From a virus (lineage: Duplodnaviria; Caudoviricetes): a stretch of DNA of 39,222 nucleotides. This document shows, piece after piece, positions 26,797 to 34,642 of the stretch. The stretch spans positions 1 to 39,222 of the IMG/VR virus record IMGVR_UViG_3300042522_000042; one strand, written 5' to 3'. Below the pieces are notes generated by a model, which made no database searches, had not been told where the DNA came from, and worked only from the letters and a program-made list of their open reading frames with translations. Within the stretch, counting starts at the first letter, position 1. Each line of letters starts with the position of its first letter. Made by a program: the position numbers and the translations under genes.

Positions 26797-28665
26797 CTAA
26801 CTATAAGTTTCTTGCCATTGCTCAGCGAATGCTTCGTCTAAGTTCAATGACATTCTGCTTTGCTTTTGGTATCTGGTTGCCCAGCGATTATTTTGGAACT
26901 GACCAACCTTGCTGCCTTGTTGCATTAATTCGCGGATACGAATGATAGCAAACCATAAAGCCATCACGCAGTCAGTTGGGTTCTTAGTATCTGGCTTCCA
27001 GGTAATGAGTTGCTGTACAAGAGACTTGAGTCCCTCTGAGCCCTCGTTGCTTGGTAGTTCGATTAGACCGTTGTCTTGGTAGCGACCATCATGTATAGTA
27101 CCGAAAAGGCTAGACATAGATGCCACACCGAAAGATGTGTCCCACTTGTTCTTACCAGTAAAGTGTGAGTTTAACTGGCAGCCGTAGGTAGCCAGATAGT
27201 TACGCAGGTCAGTGTCCATAGCGTAGTACTTCTGGTGTGCGTTAATTTCTACACGAAACTCTTGAGGGCTGTACTTCTCGACCCACTCACGAATCAGAGC
27301 GTTCTCCTTTTGAGGAGTAGGGTCTGCCATGTTGACGCAGTCAAGCACATAGATTGTGCTATCGTCGCGGTTAAGAGTTACGGCTACAAAAGCTGAACGA
27401 CCAGATACGGCAGGGTCAAAGCCAATTACTGTGTAGGTCGAGCCTGCTCTGGACGGGTGCCCTGGAGTACCAGGTTTAAGCGGTCCACGCTTTCGCATAC
27501 CGTTAACACATCCTGCAACTGCTGTTGGCGAGAATATGGAATCGGACTGGACGTCTTCTTGTTGGTAGACCATAGCCCAGACAGATGCCGCCACTTCAGA
27601 GCGGCGCGTAAAAAGCGAGGGTCCATCCCATTTCGGATAAAGTCCATTTTCGTCAGGCTCATCAATCTCGTTTTCCTGCATCGTGGTCTTAGGCCACAGC
27701 GTTCTCCAGTTATCAGGCTTCTCGTCAAACTGAAGTACGGCAGGCATTGCAAAGTAAGTAAAGGGTGATTTGCCACCAGACCACTGTTGAGGGTCCCGTA
27801 GCATTTTGTATAGGTCAATTGGTGCAACTCGAGTGCCAACGATAATTAATTTACCATGTCGCCCAAGGCGGGTAATAACTTCCTTTTGAATCCACTCGAG
27901 CTGCTTTTCCCACTCGTGGGCGTTTGAACCCATCACAGCATCGTCGATAATAATCAGGTCAGCGCGAGCACCGTAAATCTGTGAGCCCATACCTAGGGCC
28001 TGGACCGTTGGGTCTTTTTCGCCAGAGTCGCGTCCTGTACCCAGATAAATCATGTCGGCAGACCATTGTGTTGAGTCTGCCTTGTACCCTCCATTTGGGC
28101 CGAAGGCTACTTGGAGTTTGGTGAAGGCTGGGTGGGAAAGTCTTGTTTTGATTGCGCCAAGGAATTTGCGAGCCATACCCTGAGTCTTAGAAACAATAAT
28201 GACTCGCGCATTGGGGTTGGTAACAATCTTATAAACGACGTAGTTAGTCGTAATGACCGTACTCTTAGCGTGCTCAGGAGGTACGTTAATAAGTACACGG
28301 TTGTGTGCTCCTGGCTCGTAGGTCATGGCTGGGTCTAACCAGCGGGGCTCACGGCCCTCAATTAGGTCTACCCAGTCGAGGTGGTGGTCAAAGAGTTTGG
28401 TGTCTAGGAACTGCTCAGAGAAGTCGGGGAAGGAAATATCTCCCAGCTCCTTTAGGTCAGTCTTGATGCCTTTACCCTCGAGGCGAGCAGCCTCGGCACG
28501 TGCTTTGAACTCAGGGTCAGTTGCTGACCATTGGCGGAATGCCACATCTGAGCGGCCCACGGAGGCCATAGCCTGGGTAATCGTGCTACCCTGACTTAGT
28601 TGCTGCAAGGCCTTCTCTTGCGCCTCGCGCTTAGGGATATTCTGAATCCCAGGTTTTCTACCCAT
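26797..28665 (-). CDS. terL: Terminase large subunit with N-terminal HTH-like extension
   Basis: VPPEHAKST Walker A variant, LIIIDD Walker B, VGTR, GFDPA nuclease, DCVMALW. Confidence 0.9.
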   Translation of the reverse strand: MGRKPGIQNIPKREAQEKALQQLSQGSTITQAMASVGRSDVAFRQWSATDPEFKARAEAARLEGKGIKTDLKELGDISFPDFSEQFLDTKLFDHHLDWVDLIEGREPRWLDPAMTYEPGAHNRVLINVPPEHAKSTVITTNYVVYKIVTNPNARVIIVSKTQGMARKFLGAIKTRLSHPAFTKLQVAFGPNGGYKADSTQWSADMIYLGTGRDSGEKDPTVQALGMGSQIYGARADLIIIDDAVMGSNAHEWEKQLEWIQKEVITRLGRHGKLIIVGTRVAPIDLYKMLRDPQQWSGGKSPFTYFAMPAVLQFDEKPDNWRTLWPKTTMQENEIDEPDENGLYPKWDGPSLFTRRSEVAASVWAMVYQQEDVQSDSIFSPTAVAGCVNGMRKRGPLKPGTPGHPSRAGSTYTVIGFDPAVSGRSAFVAVTLNRDDSTIYVLDCVNMADPTPQKENALIREWVEKYSPQEFRVEINAHQKYYAMDTDLRNYLATYGCQLNSHFTGKNKWDTSFGVASMSSLFGTIHDGRYQDNGLIELPSNEGSEGLKSLVQQLITWKPDTKNPTDCVMALWFAIIRIRELMQQGSKVGQFQNNRWATRYQKQSRMSLNLDEAFAEQWQETYS

Positions 28666-28723
28666 CAGTTGTCCCCATCATTTACAGTCATTTAACGCTG
28701 GCCGATTAACGGCAGAACTTTCC

Positions 28724-28905
28724 CATATATATTATATATTATATTATACATAGGAGTCGCGGAGTCTTAAACGGAGCGACTCCGTATATGTATTATTATA
28801 CATATAAGATAACCTGTTCAAATCGTAAAACCGAACAACTGAAACGGAAATATTTATAAAAGCCCTGGTCAGGGCTATATATAGGGGGGCTATAGTATTA
28901 TATAA
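28724..28905. other. A/T tracts with GC inverted repeats upstream of terminase
   Basis: GGAGTCGC/GCGACTCC (28753..28783) and AGCCCTG/CAGGGCT (28861..28876) in TATA-like flanks. Confidence 0.55.
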
Positions 28906-29107
28906 CAGAAATTTTTGGGAGGATACTATATCCGACCCTGCCACACACATTAAACAATCTGGGGTCATAATGTCTAAGTCTCTAGTATAGGGTTAGGGTA
29001 TCTATGAATTGTCGATAAATCTCTTTAGCGTGTTATCTATTTATAGATTTATCTATTAGCCGACTATCTACCCGACACAATAATTTCCCAGCCCCCATTA
29101 AGTTTTT

Positions 29108-29162
29108 TCTCAGGAAACTCTCAGGGTTATTCCTTCCCAGATAACTCTCAGGAAACTCTCAG
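29108..29162 (+). repeat. 17-nt direct repeat TCTCAGGAAACTCTCAG x2
   Basis: Exact copies at 29108..29124 and 29146..29162. Confidence 0.9.
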
Positions 29163-29365
29163 ACTTCTAGGGGTCTAGGGTTATACCTCTCTATTTAGCG
29201 TGTATGCGTGTCTGCACTTATGGCGTGTGACCTAAATCACATTAGGTTGAGCGTGGGTTGGGCTTGACTTTGGTTTGGTGAGCGTGTAGTCTTTGTCCTG
29301 TAATCGGATAGGGGAATAACCCCAAAGGGTCACAAAGTAAGACACGCCGTCAATTCGTGGGTAGA

Positions 29366-29393
29366 TTGACAAGGTAGAATTATCGTGTATAAT
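29366..29393 (+). promoter_or_regulatory. Early promoter P1
   Basis: TTGACA-16 nt-TATAAT. Confidence 0.8.
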
Positions 29394-29399
29394 TCTCCA

Positions 29400-29540
29400 A
29401 AGATAGGCAGACCTAGCGAAAGTTAGAGCGTCACTTATCAAAGACAATTCAATAGTGTGTAGGTCGGTAGTCTTGATTAGATACCTAGTAACAGCGGGAC
29501 GCCCGTGGGTATCACGACACGCCCGACCTACACGCTAGAA
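29400..29540 (+). ncRNA. Candidate structured early ncRNA
   Basis: No ORF after P1; CUAGC-GAAA-GUUAG hairpin and 15-bp stem UAGUGUGUAGGUCGG/CCGACCUACACGCUA. Confidence 0.55.
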
Positions 29541-29570
29541 TTGACAAAACAAAAAACAGTATGGTAAGAT
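29541..29570 (+). promoter_or_regulatory. Early promoter P2
   Basis: TTGACA-18 nt-TAAGAT with extended TGG. Confidence 0.75.
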
Positions 29571-29601
29571 TAGGCACAACAAAGAGAGAGGATAGATACA
29601 C

Positions 29602-29907
29602 ATGACTTACAACCCCTATGGGGGTTTGGGTAGTATCGTAGTCACGCCACGCAAGGTTCATGCGTCTGATAGACGCTTGGGCACTATCGGGGCACGACTC
29701 ACCGACACTAAGCATGGTAAAGCCGTACGCATTAAGCGCACACGCTCACGCCATGCCGTCACGACCAACCGACCAAAGGTTGAGCGCGTACTACCAACCC
29801 TAAGCATTGAGGAACAGGAACGCCTAGCCCGCGCCCTAGCACTTAGCGAACGCGAACGCGAGTTCCGCGCCACGCTACCTAGCGTACACATAGACGCGAA
29901 CGACTAA
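29602..29907 (+). CDS. Arg-rich early protein
   Basis: GAGAGG RBS downstream of P2. Confidence 0.7.
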   Translation: MTYNPYGGLGSIVVTPRKVHASDRRLGTIGARLTDTKHGKAVRIKRTRSRHAVTTNRPKVERVLPTLSIEEQERLARALALSEREREFRATLPSVHIDAND

Positions 29908-29912
29908 GATTA

Positions 29913-29961
29913 GCCACGCCCGATTGTGGGGGTAGGTCTAGGTTCAAGCCCTAGCGTGGCA
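29913..29961 (+). ncRNA. tRNA-like mini-element (acceptor stem plus T-arm)
   Basis: GCCACG/CGUGGC stem stacked on CUAGG-UUCAAGC-CCUAG. Confidence 0.55.
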
Positions 29962-29965
29962 CGAC

Positions 29966-29994
29966 TTGACAAGCCGTCAAGCCTATGGTAAGAT
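29966..29994 (+). promoter_or_regulatory. Early promoter P3
   Basis: TTGACA-17 nt-TAAGAT with extended TGG. Confidence 0.8.
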
Positions 29995-30023
29995 ACTCTT
30001 ATCATAACAGAGAGAGGTTAGAC

Positions 30024-30164
30024 ATGACACTTTCAACGGGTGACATGTTCGCGGTAATGATAGCCTTGCTATCGGTGAACATGGTACTATTGATAGCCTT
30101 CCGTAGAGTCTATGTTTTAGAGCGCAGACTTCGCAGATACGAAGGATACTATGACGCACGATAA
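30024..30164 (+). CDS. Small single-TM early protein, 46 aa (not in ORF track)
   Basis: GAGAGG RBS; MTLSTGDMFAVMIALLSVNMVLLIAFRRVYVLERRLRRYEGYYDAR. Confidence 0.7.
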   Translation: MTLSTGDMFAVMIALLSVNMVLLIAFRRVYVLERRLRRYEGYYDAR

Positions 30165-30339
30165 CCTATTGCTAGACCTTACTCAACGTGAGGTCGAAGT
30201 TATCCGCATGGCACTACGCCATCAAGAGGATAACCATAAGCGCAACGACTTCCCTAGCCTAGTGCTAGAGGTTCAGACCTTGCGCTCTAAGATTGCAGAC
30301 GCAATTATTGACAACGCGAAAGAATTGACAAAGGCTTAA
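30151..30339 (+). CDS. Hypothetical early protein
   Basis: AAGGA RBS; helical 62 aa. Confidence 0.65.
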   Translation: MTHDNLLLDLTQREVEVIRMALRHQEDNHKRNDFPSLVLEVQTLRSKIADAIIDNAKELTKA

Positions 30340-30353
30340 CGCCATGCTATACT
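30325..30353 (+). promoter_or_regulatory. Early promoter P4
   Basis: TTGACA-17 nt-TATACT with extended TGC. Confidence 0.8.
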
Positions 30354-30374
30354 ACGACTATACAACGAGAGGGG

Positions 30375-31682
30375 GTGAGATACATGGACGAGGTAACGAT
30401 AGAGGGTAGAGTGTGTACGGATTGCAGTAGCACGATAGATGACGGAGATGAGTTAATCATCAACGAACATGCCTACTGTAAAGAGTGTGCGTTCTTATGC
30501 TTTGAGTGTGAGACTATCTACGCTGTTAGTAGTCGAGGTCGTGAGTTTATTGCTGACGAGTGGTACTGCTGGGATTGCGCGACACAATGCGAACGTTGTA
30601 ATGACGGGGTTCGTAATGATGACACGCACACAGTAGACAACGAGTCATGGTGCGACTATTGCTACGAGAACCACAGTTACTACTGTGAGAATTGTTGCGA
30701 GTCATCATCAGAGAGCACGACCTATGTTGGTGATACACCATACTGTGAGGGTTGCTTCTCTGATAACTGCTACTACTGTGATGACTGTGATGAGTCATAC
30801 CACAATGATTACCCTTGCGATTGTCGTGAGAGCGATACAGTAGAGGGTAAGTGTTGCCGTGCCTATCGTAGTAGTGGTACTATCCACGACTACTCATGCA
30901 AGCCAGCACCTATCTTTAAGGGTACTAGCAAGCGCAACATGTATCTCGGCTTCGAGTTAGAGACGGAGATGCCACGCGTAGACTCTGCCTCATTATTCGC
31001 CTCTAGTGCTTTGCTAGGTACTGCGTACCTCAAGCATGACGGAAGTATCAGCAACGGGTTCGAGATAGTTACTCACCCACATACGCACCAAGAATACCGC
31101 GAGAATAGTGCAACGCTATGGAATACCATAGAGACACTACGCAAGGACTATGACGCTAGGTCGTGGGATACAGATACCTGTGGCTTACACATACACCTAA
31201 GTCGTGACGGATTTAGTAGTGGCGCACACTTGCATAGGTTCATAGCCTTTGTGTACCACAACGCACCACACATGATGAAGTTTGCTGGGCGCAAGTCGCG
31301 CTTTGCAAGGTTTAATGATGTGTACACCTTTGATGAGTATGACCGCCCAGTATTCTCTATCAAGCACAAGGTTGGCAATCCCAACCAACACAGTACAGAG
31401 AGATACTCAGCCGTTAATACACAGAATAAACACACAATAGAATTGCGCTTCTTTAGAGGCACAATGAAAACAAGTGGCGTGTTAAGTGCCCTAGACTTAG
31501 CACAAGCCATGGTAGAATACACTAGGGAACTACGACTAGATGATGTCAAACTTGGCGCACTATCTTGGGAGTGGTTTGCTGACTATGTAGTGTCCAACAA
31601 TGGACTCTACCCCGACCTATACTCTAGGTTGGACAAGATACAATCGGTAGACATTAACAACAAGATAACTGCTAACGCTTAG
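30375..31682 (+). CDS. Putative amidoligase (COOH-NH2 ligase, glutamine synthetase-like fold) with N-terminal CxxC repeats
   Basis: GFELETE, KHDGSI, GFEIVTHP, TCGLHIHLS, RYSAVN, TIELRFFRG motifs; start may be ATG 30384. Confidence 0.85.
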   Translation: MRYMDEVTIEGRVCTDCSSTIDDGDELIINEHAYCKECAFLCFECETIYAVSSRGREFIADEWYCWDCATQCERCNDGVRNDDTHTVDNESWCDYCYENHSYYCENCCESSSESTTYVGDTPYCEGCFSDNCYYCDDCDESYHNDYPCDCRESDTVEGKCCRAYRSSGTIHDYSCKPAPIFKGTSKRNMYLGFELETEMPRVDSASLFASSALLGTAYLKHDGSISNGFEIVTHPHTHQEYRENSATLWNTIETLRKDYDARSWDTDTCGLHIHLSRDGFSSGAHLHRFIAFVYHNAPHMMKFAGRKSRFARFNDVYTFDEYDRPVFSIKHKVGNPNQHSTERYSAVNTQNKHTIELRFFRGTMKTSGVLSALDLAQAMVEYTRELRLDDVKLGALSWEWFADYVVSNNGLYPDLYSRLDKIQSVDINNKITANA

Positions 31683-31694
31683 GGAGATGATACT

Positions 31695-32504
31695 ATGTGC
31701 TTACTTGTAGTGTGCGAGCCAAACTCCACACCAAACAAAGCAGACTTACACGCTGGTGCGTGTAGCAATCCACACGGATTTGGCTTTGCTATTCATGCTG
31801 GCGATAGGATTATCTCAGAGCGTAGCATGTCTGCTAAAAAATCTATTGCACGCTTCTTGGAATTACGCAAGCAATTCCCTGACGGCTACGCCATGTGGCA
31901 CGCACGATACGCCACGCATGGTGTTAAGAACGAACACAATTGCCACCCATTTAAGGTTGGTAATGATGAGCGTACTTACCTAGCACACAATGGTGTGCTT
32001 GACATAAGTATCGGCAAGTCCGACAAGCGTAGTGATACGCGTGTCTTTGCTGAGGATACGCTACCTAGAATTGGTGGCGTGTCCGCACTTGATGACGATA
32101 ACGTATGGATAATGGCTGAGACTTGGGCTAAAGGTAGCAAGATTGCTATCATTACATGTGACCCAGCAGCGCAACACCCTATGTATCTACTCAACGAGTC
32201 GGCTGGTTCATGGGACAATGAAGGTATCTGGTGGAGTAACCAAAGTCATAAGCGTACTACCTACCTAGAGCCTGTCAAAGCCATAGATTATACCGACAAA
32301 CTGTGGGACTACACAGTAGATGTAGACTTAGAAGTCTGCCCCTACTGTGAGTCTGCCACAGACTTGACAGACAACCCGTACTACTGTAACATGTGCCAGT
32401 CATGCTTTGATTGTTCTATCATGATAGATGACTGCCTATGTTACACACCGAACAAAGATTGGCAAAGCAAACGAAGCCTTGCCGATTTCCTATACGACTA
32501 CTAG
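31695..32504 (+). CDS. Class II glutamine amidotransferase with C-terminal Zn ribbon
   Basis: N-terminal Cys (MCLL), NPHGFG, HARYATHG, NCHPF, AHNG, SDT motifs. Confidence 0.88.
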   Translation: MCLLVVCEPNSTPNKADLHAGACSNPHGFGFAIHAGDRIISERSMSAKKSIARFLELRKQFPDGYAMWHARYATHGVKNEHNCHPFKVGNDERTYLAHNGVLDISIGKSDKRSDTRVFAEDTLPRIGGVSALDDDNVWIMAETWAKGSKIAIITCDPAAQHPMYLLNESAGSWDNEGIWWSNQSHKRTTYLEPVKAIDYTDKLWDYTVDVDLEVCPYCESATDLTDNPYYCNMCQSCFDCSIMIDDCLCYTPNKDWQSKRSLADFLYDY

Positions 32505-32515
32505 AGAGGTAACCT

Positions 32516-32779
32516 ATGTCCAACAACACAATTCTAAATCTCGCTGAGGAATTACGCATTATCGCAGACGAGATTTCATACAACGCAGTCGACACATCAA
32601 GCGACTATCCAAAGCGTGGTACTATCGTGAAAGCACTTGCTTCACAGACACGCTTTAAGCCTAAGTCTATGTGGGTATCACTAGGCAACGGCACATACAA
32701 GCACCTTACTGGTAGCAAGGGGTTAGTCACCACACATGACCGACTCGACGGCTACACAGAAGTAGTGTTCGAAGCGTAA
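32516..32779 (+). CDS. Hypothetical protein
   Basis: GAGAGG RBS. Confidence 0.7.
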   Translation: MSNNTILNLAEELRIIADEISYNAVDTSSDYPKRGTIVKALASQTRFKPKSMWVSLGNGTYKHLTGSKGLVTTHDRLDGYTEVVFEA

Positions 32780-32793
32780 ACATAACTAAATAA

Positions 32794-32872
32794 TTTATCT
32801 CTGCTAAGCCCTGCGCCTTGATGTGCAGGTATGCCTGAGATAAAACTCCTGAGTATGAGTATAAACTGCTCA
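32794..32872 (+). ncRNA. Candidate structured intergenic RNA (hairpin plus compact pseudoknot)
   Basis: UUUAUCUC/GAGAUAAA enclosing CCUGCGC/GUGCAGG; then ACUC/GAGU with UGAGUA/UGCUCA. Confidence 0.45.
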
Positions 32873-32897
32873 CTTAACTTTATAGATTGGAGATACT

Positions 32898-33224
32898 ATG
32901 GCAGAGTTTCTACATGAGGTTGTTGCTCAACGTGAGCGCCAATCATCACCAGTATTCCCTGCACAGTACGCTCCACTCTATCGTGGCGTATACATACCAG
33001 CATGTTATAGTAACCTTATCTATAATCTGCCTGAAGTTATACGAAATGTCCAAGATTGGTGGGATACCCCGTCATGGCGACTAGTGCGTGCTATCTTTAG
33101 CACCATTGGTTGCGAACATAGGTGGGTATTTGACATTAGTCTAAGCAATACAGTACAATACAAGTATTACTGCATGGATTGTAGGTCAGAACACACACAA
33201 CAGATAAGAGAGGAAACACTATGA
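32898..33224 (+). CDS. Hypothetical protein with CxH...CxxC Zn site
   Basis: GGAG RBS; CEHRW...YYCMDC. Confidence 0.65.
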   Translation: MAEFLHEVVAQRERQSSPVFPAQYAPLYRGVYIPACYSNLIYNLPEVIRNVQDWWDTPSWRLVRAIFSTIGCEHRWVFDISLSNTVQYKYYCMDCRSEHTQQIREETL

Positions 33225-33382
33225 GCGAGCAAGTACCGATAGGGTATGTGACTATCACAGAGACAGACACAGACGGCAAGGTAATCTATGGTACATTTAG
33301 TACAGTAGACGAAGCTTTAGAGTTTGGTTCTAAGTTAATTAACTTCGAGTCTTACCCAATCTATGCACCAGCACTACACTAA
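33221..33382 (+). CDS. Hypothetical protein, 53 aa (not in ORF track)
   Basis: GAGG RBS, ATGA overlap; MSEQVPIGYVTITETDTDGKVIYGTFSTVDEALEFG... Confidence 0.7.
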   Translation: MSEQVPIGYVTITETDTDGKVIYGTFSTVDEALEFGSKLINFESYPIYAPALH

Positions 33383-33391
33383 GGAGACAAC

Positions 33392-33499
33392 ATGAGTTAT
33401 GAACCACCACTTGACGACGACGTAGCATTAGGCTATGATGATGAGGAAGAACTCGACGAAGAGTTCGACGAGATGACAGAGATAGCACTAGAGAGATAG
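33392..33499 (+). CDS. Very acidic miniprotein, 35 aa (not in ORF track)
   Basis: AAGGAG RBS; MSYEPPLDDDVALGYDDEEELDEEFDEMTEIALER. Confidence 0.7.
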   Translation: MSYEPPLDDDVALGYDDEEELDEEFDEMTEIALER

Positions 33500-33509
33500 G
33501 AGATAGAGT

Positions 33510-33839
33510 ATGCAAGGTCTATGCACAGGTCATGAGAACCCTGACCTATGGTTCAGCGAGTCTATTGACAGCGACATTGACAACTACCACGTCAATGAGA
33601 ACAGCGCAGAGTACAAGCAACGTATCACTAACGTGCGGACCGCGCTATCTATCTGCAACGCATGCCCAGTCAAAGCAGAATGCTTTGCTGAGGGTATGAA
33701 GAAAGAGAACTTAGACAATGGTATTTGGGGAGGCACTCTACCTGGTGAGCGTGTCCTACTTGCGAATGTTTCGTTAACATGGAATAATCGTAGGTCTATG
33801 ATTAACTTCGCACACAGAGTAAGGGCAACCACTAAATGA
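33510..33839 (+). CDS. whiB: WhiB-family Fe-S transcription factor
   Basis: C...PDLWF...CNACPVKAEC...GIWGG. Confidence 0.92.
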   Translation: MQGLCTGHENPDLWFSESIDSDIDNYHVNENSAEYKQRITNVRTALSICNACPVKAECFAEGMKKENLDNGIWGGTLPGERVLLANVSLTWNNRRSMINFAHRVRATTK

Positions 33840-34228
33840 AATCATTAACTTTCTTACTACTCGTAGTGATTGCACTGCTAGTAACAGACAATTCAAAACC
33901 TGCCACGGACACAACAGACAAAGGCGTGCGCTTAGAATGGAATGTCGTTGATAGCAAGGCATACGCTAGAGACAAACTCAACGAGTGGAAAGATAATCAG
34001 GTGTCATGCCTCAATAGATTGTGGGGCAAAGAGAGTGCTTGGAACCCAAGCGCTTTTAATACTATCCGCGTGATGGGGAAGCATGCTGGTGGTATACCAC
34101 AACTATTGGGGCTTGACCCTGATACACCAGCACCACAACAAATTGACAGAGGACTTGATTACATTTACTATAGATACGGCACACCATGCGAAGCATGGGC
34201 TCATTGGAAAAGGAATGGTAACTACTAA
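33836..34228 (+). CDS. Secreted or membrane-anchored SLT-type lytic transglycosylase
   Basis: Signal peptide; CLNRLWGKESAWNP, GIPQ, QIDRGLDYI..RYGTPC.AW motifs. Confidence 0.85.
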   Translation: MKSLTFLLLVVIALLVTDNSKPATDTTDKGVRLEWNVVDSKAYARDKLNEWKDNQVSCLNRLWGKESAWNPSAFNTIRVMGKHAGGIPQLLGLDPDTPAPQQIDRGLDYIYYRYGTPCEAWAHWKRNGNY

Positions 34229-34425
34229 TGGGAGAAAAGATTATGTGTAACTCGTGTAACAAAGAGGTAACGGGAGAAGTTAAGATTGTGTTAAGCAACA
34301 AGAAAGGTTGGGGTGTGACTCATAAAACAGAACAATACTTTCACGCCACACCAATTGACTGCGCTAATGCAGTCGAACCAGTTATTATCCTTACGAATAG
34401 AATGAGAGCGTTACAAAATGGCTAA
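34228..34425 (+). CDS. Small Zn-finger-like protein
   Basis: CNSC...H....C; TAATG coupling. Confidence 0.6.
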   Translation: MGEKIMCNSCNKEVTGEVKIVLSNKKGWGVTHKTEQYFHATPIDCANAVEPVIILTNRMRALQNG

Positions 34426-34642
34426 GCATGTAACAGAAATGCGTCCTGATTACAGTCAGGCTATGGACATACGCGGTGAACCTACACTAGTGTGCCCATG
34501 CGGTTGTGAGATTTGGAATCTCAAGACTATCTTTGATGACGACGGAGAGATTGGCATGTACTTCCTTGACATGGAGTGCGCTGAGTGTGGTACACTAGCA
34601 ACAGCACCAACACCAGAGGGAACGGAGATAGAGGATGACTGA
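34418..34642 (+). CDS. Small Zn-ribbon protein
   Basis: CPCG...CAECG. Confidence 0.7.
   Translation: MAKHVTEMRPDYSQAMDIRGEPTLVCPCGCEIWNLKTIFDDDGEIGMYFLDMECAECGTLATAPTPEGTEIEDD

Noticed and set aside
29108-29162. Mini CRISPR array
   Set aside because: Only two 17-nt repeats 21 nt apart; the Cas4-like gene is a common phage replication nuclease
28744-29447. ORFs 28744..28968 and 29232..29447
   Set aside because: No convincing RBS; they overlap A/T tracts, palindromes and promoter P1
29455-29540. Hammerhead ribozyme resemblance (UUGAUUA...stem...GACAC)
   Set aside because: Core deviates from the required CUGAnGA and GAAA
29913-29961. Canonical tRNA gene
   Set aside because: Too short, with no anticodon arm; kept only as a tRNA-like element
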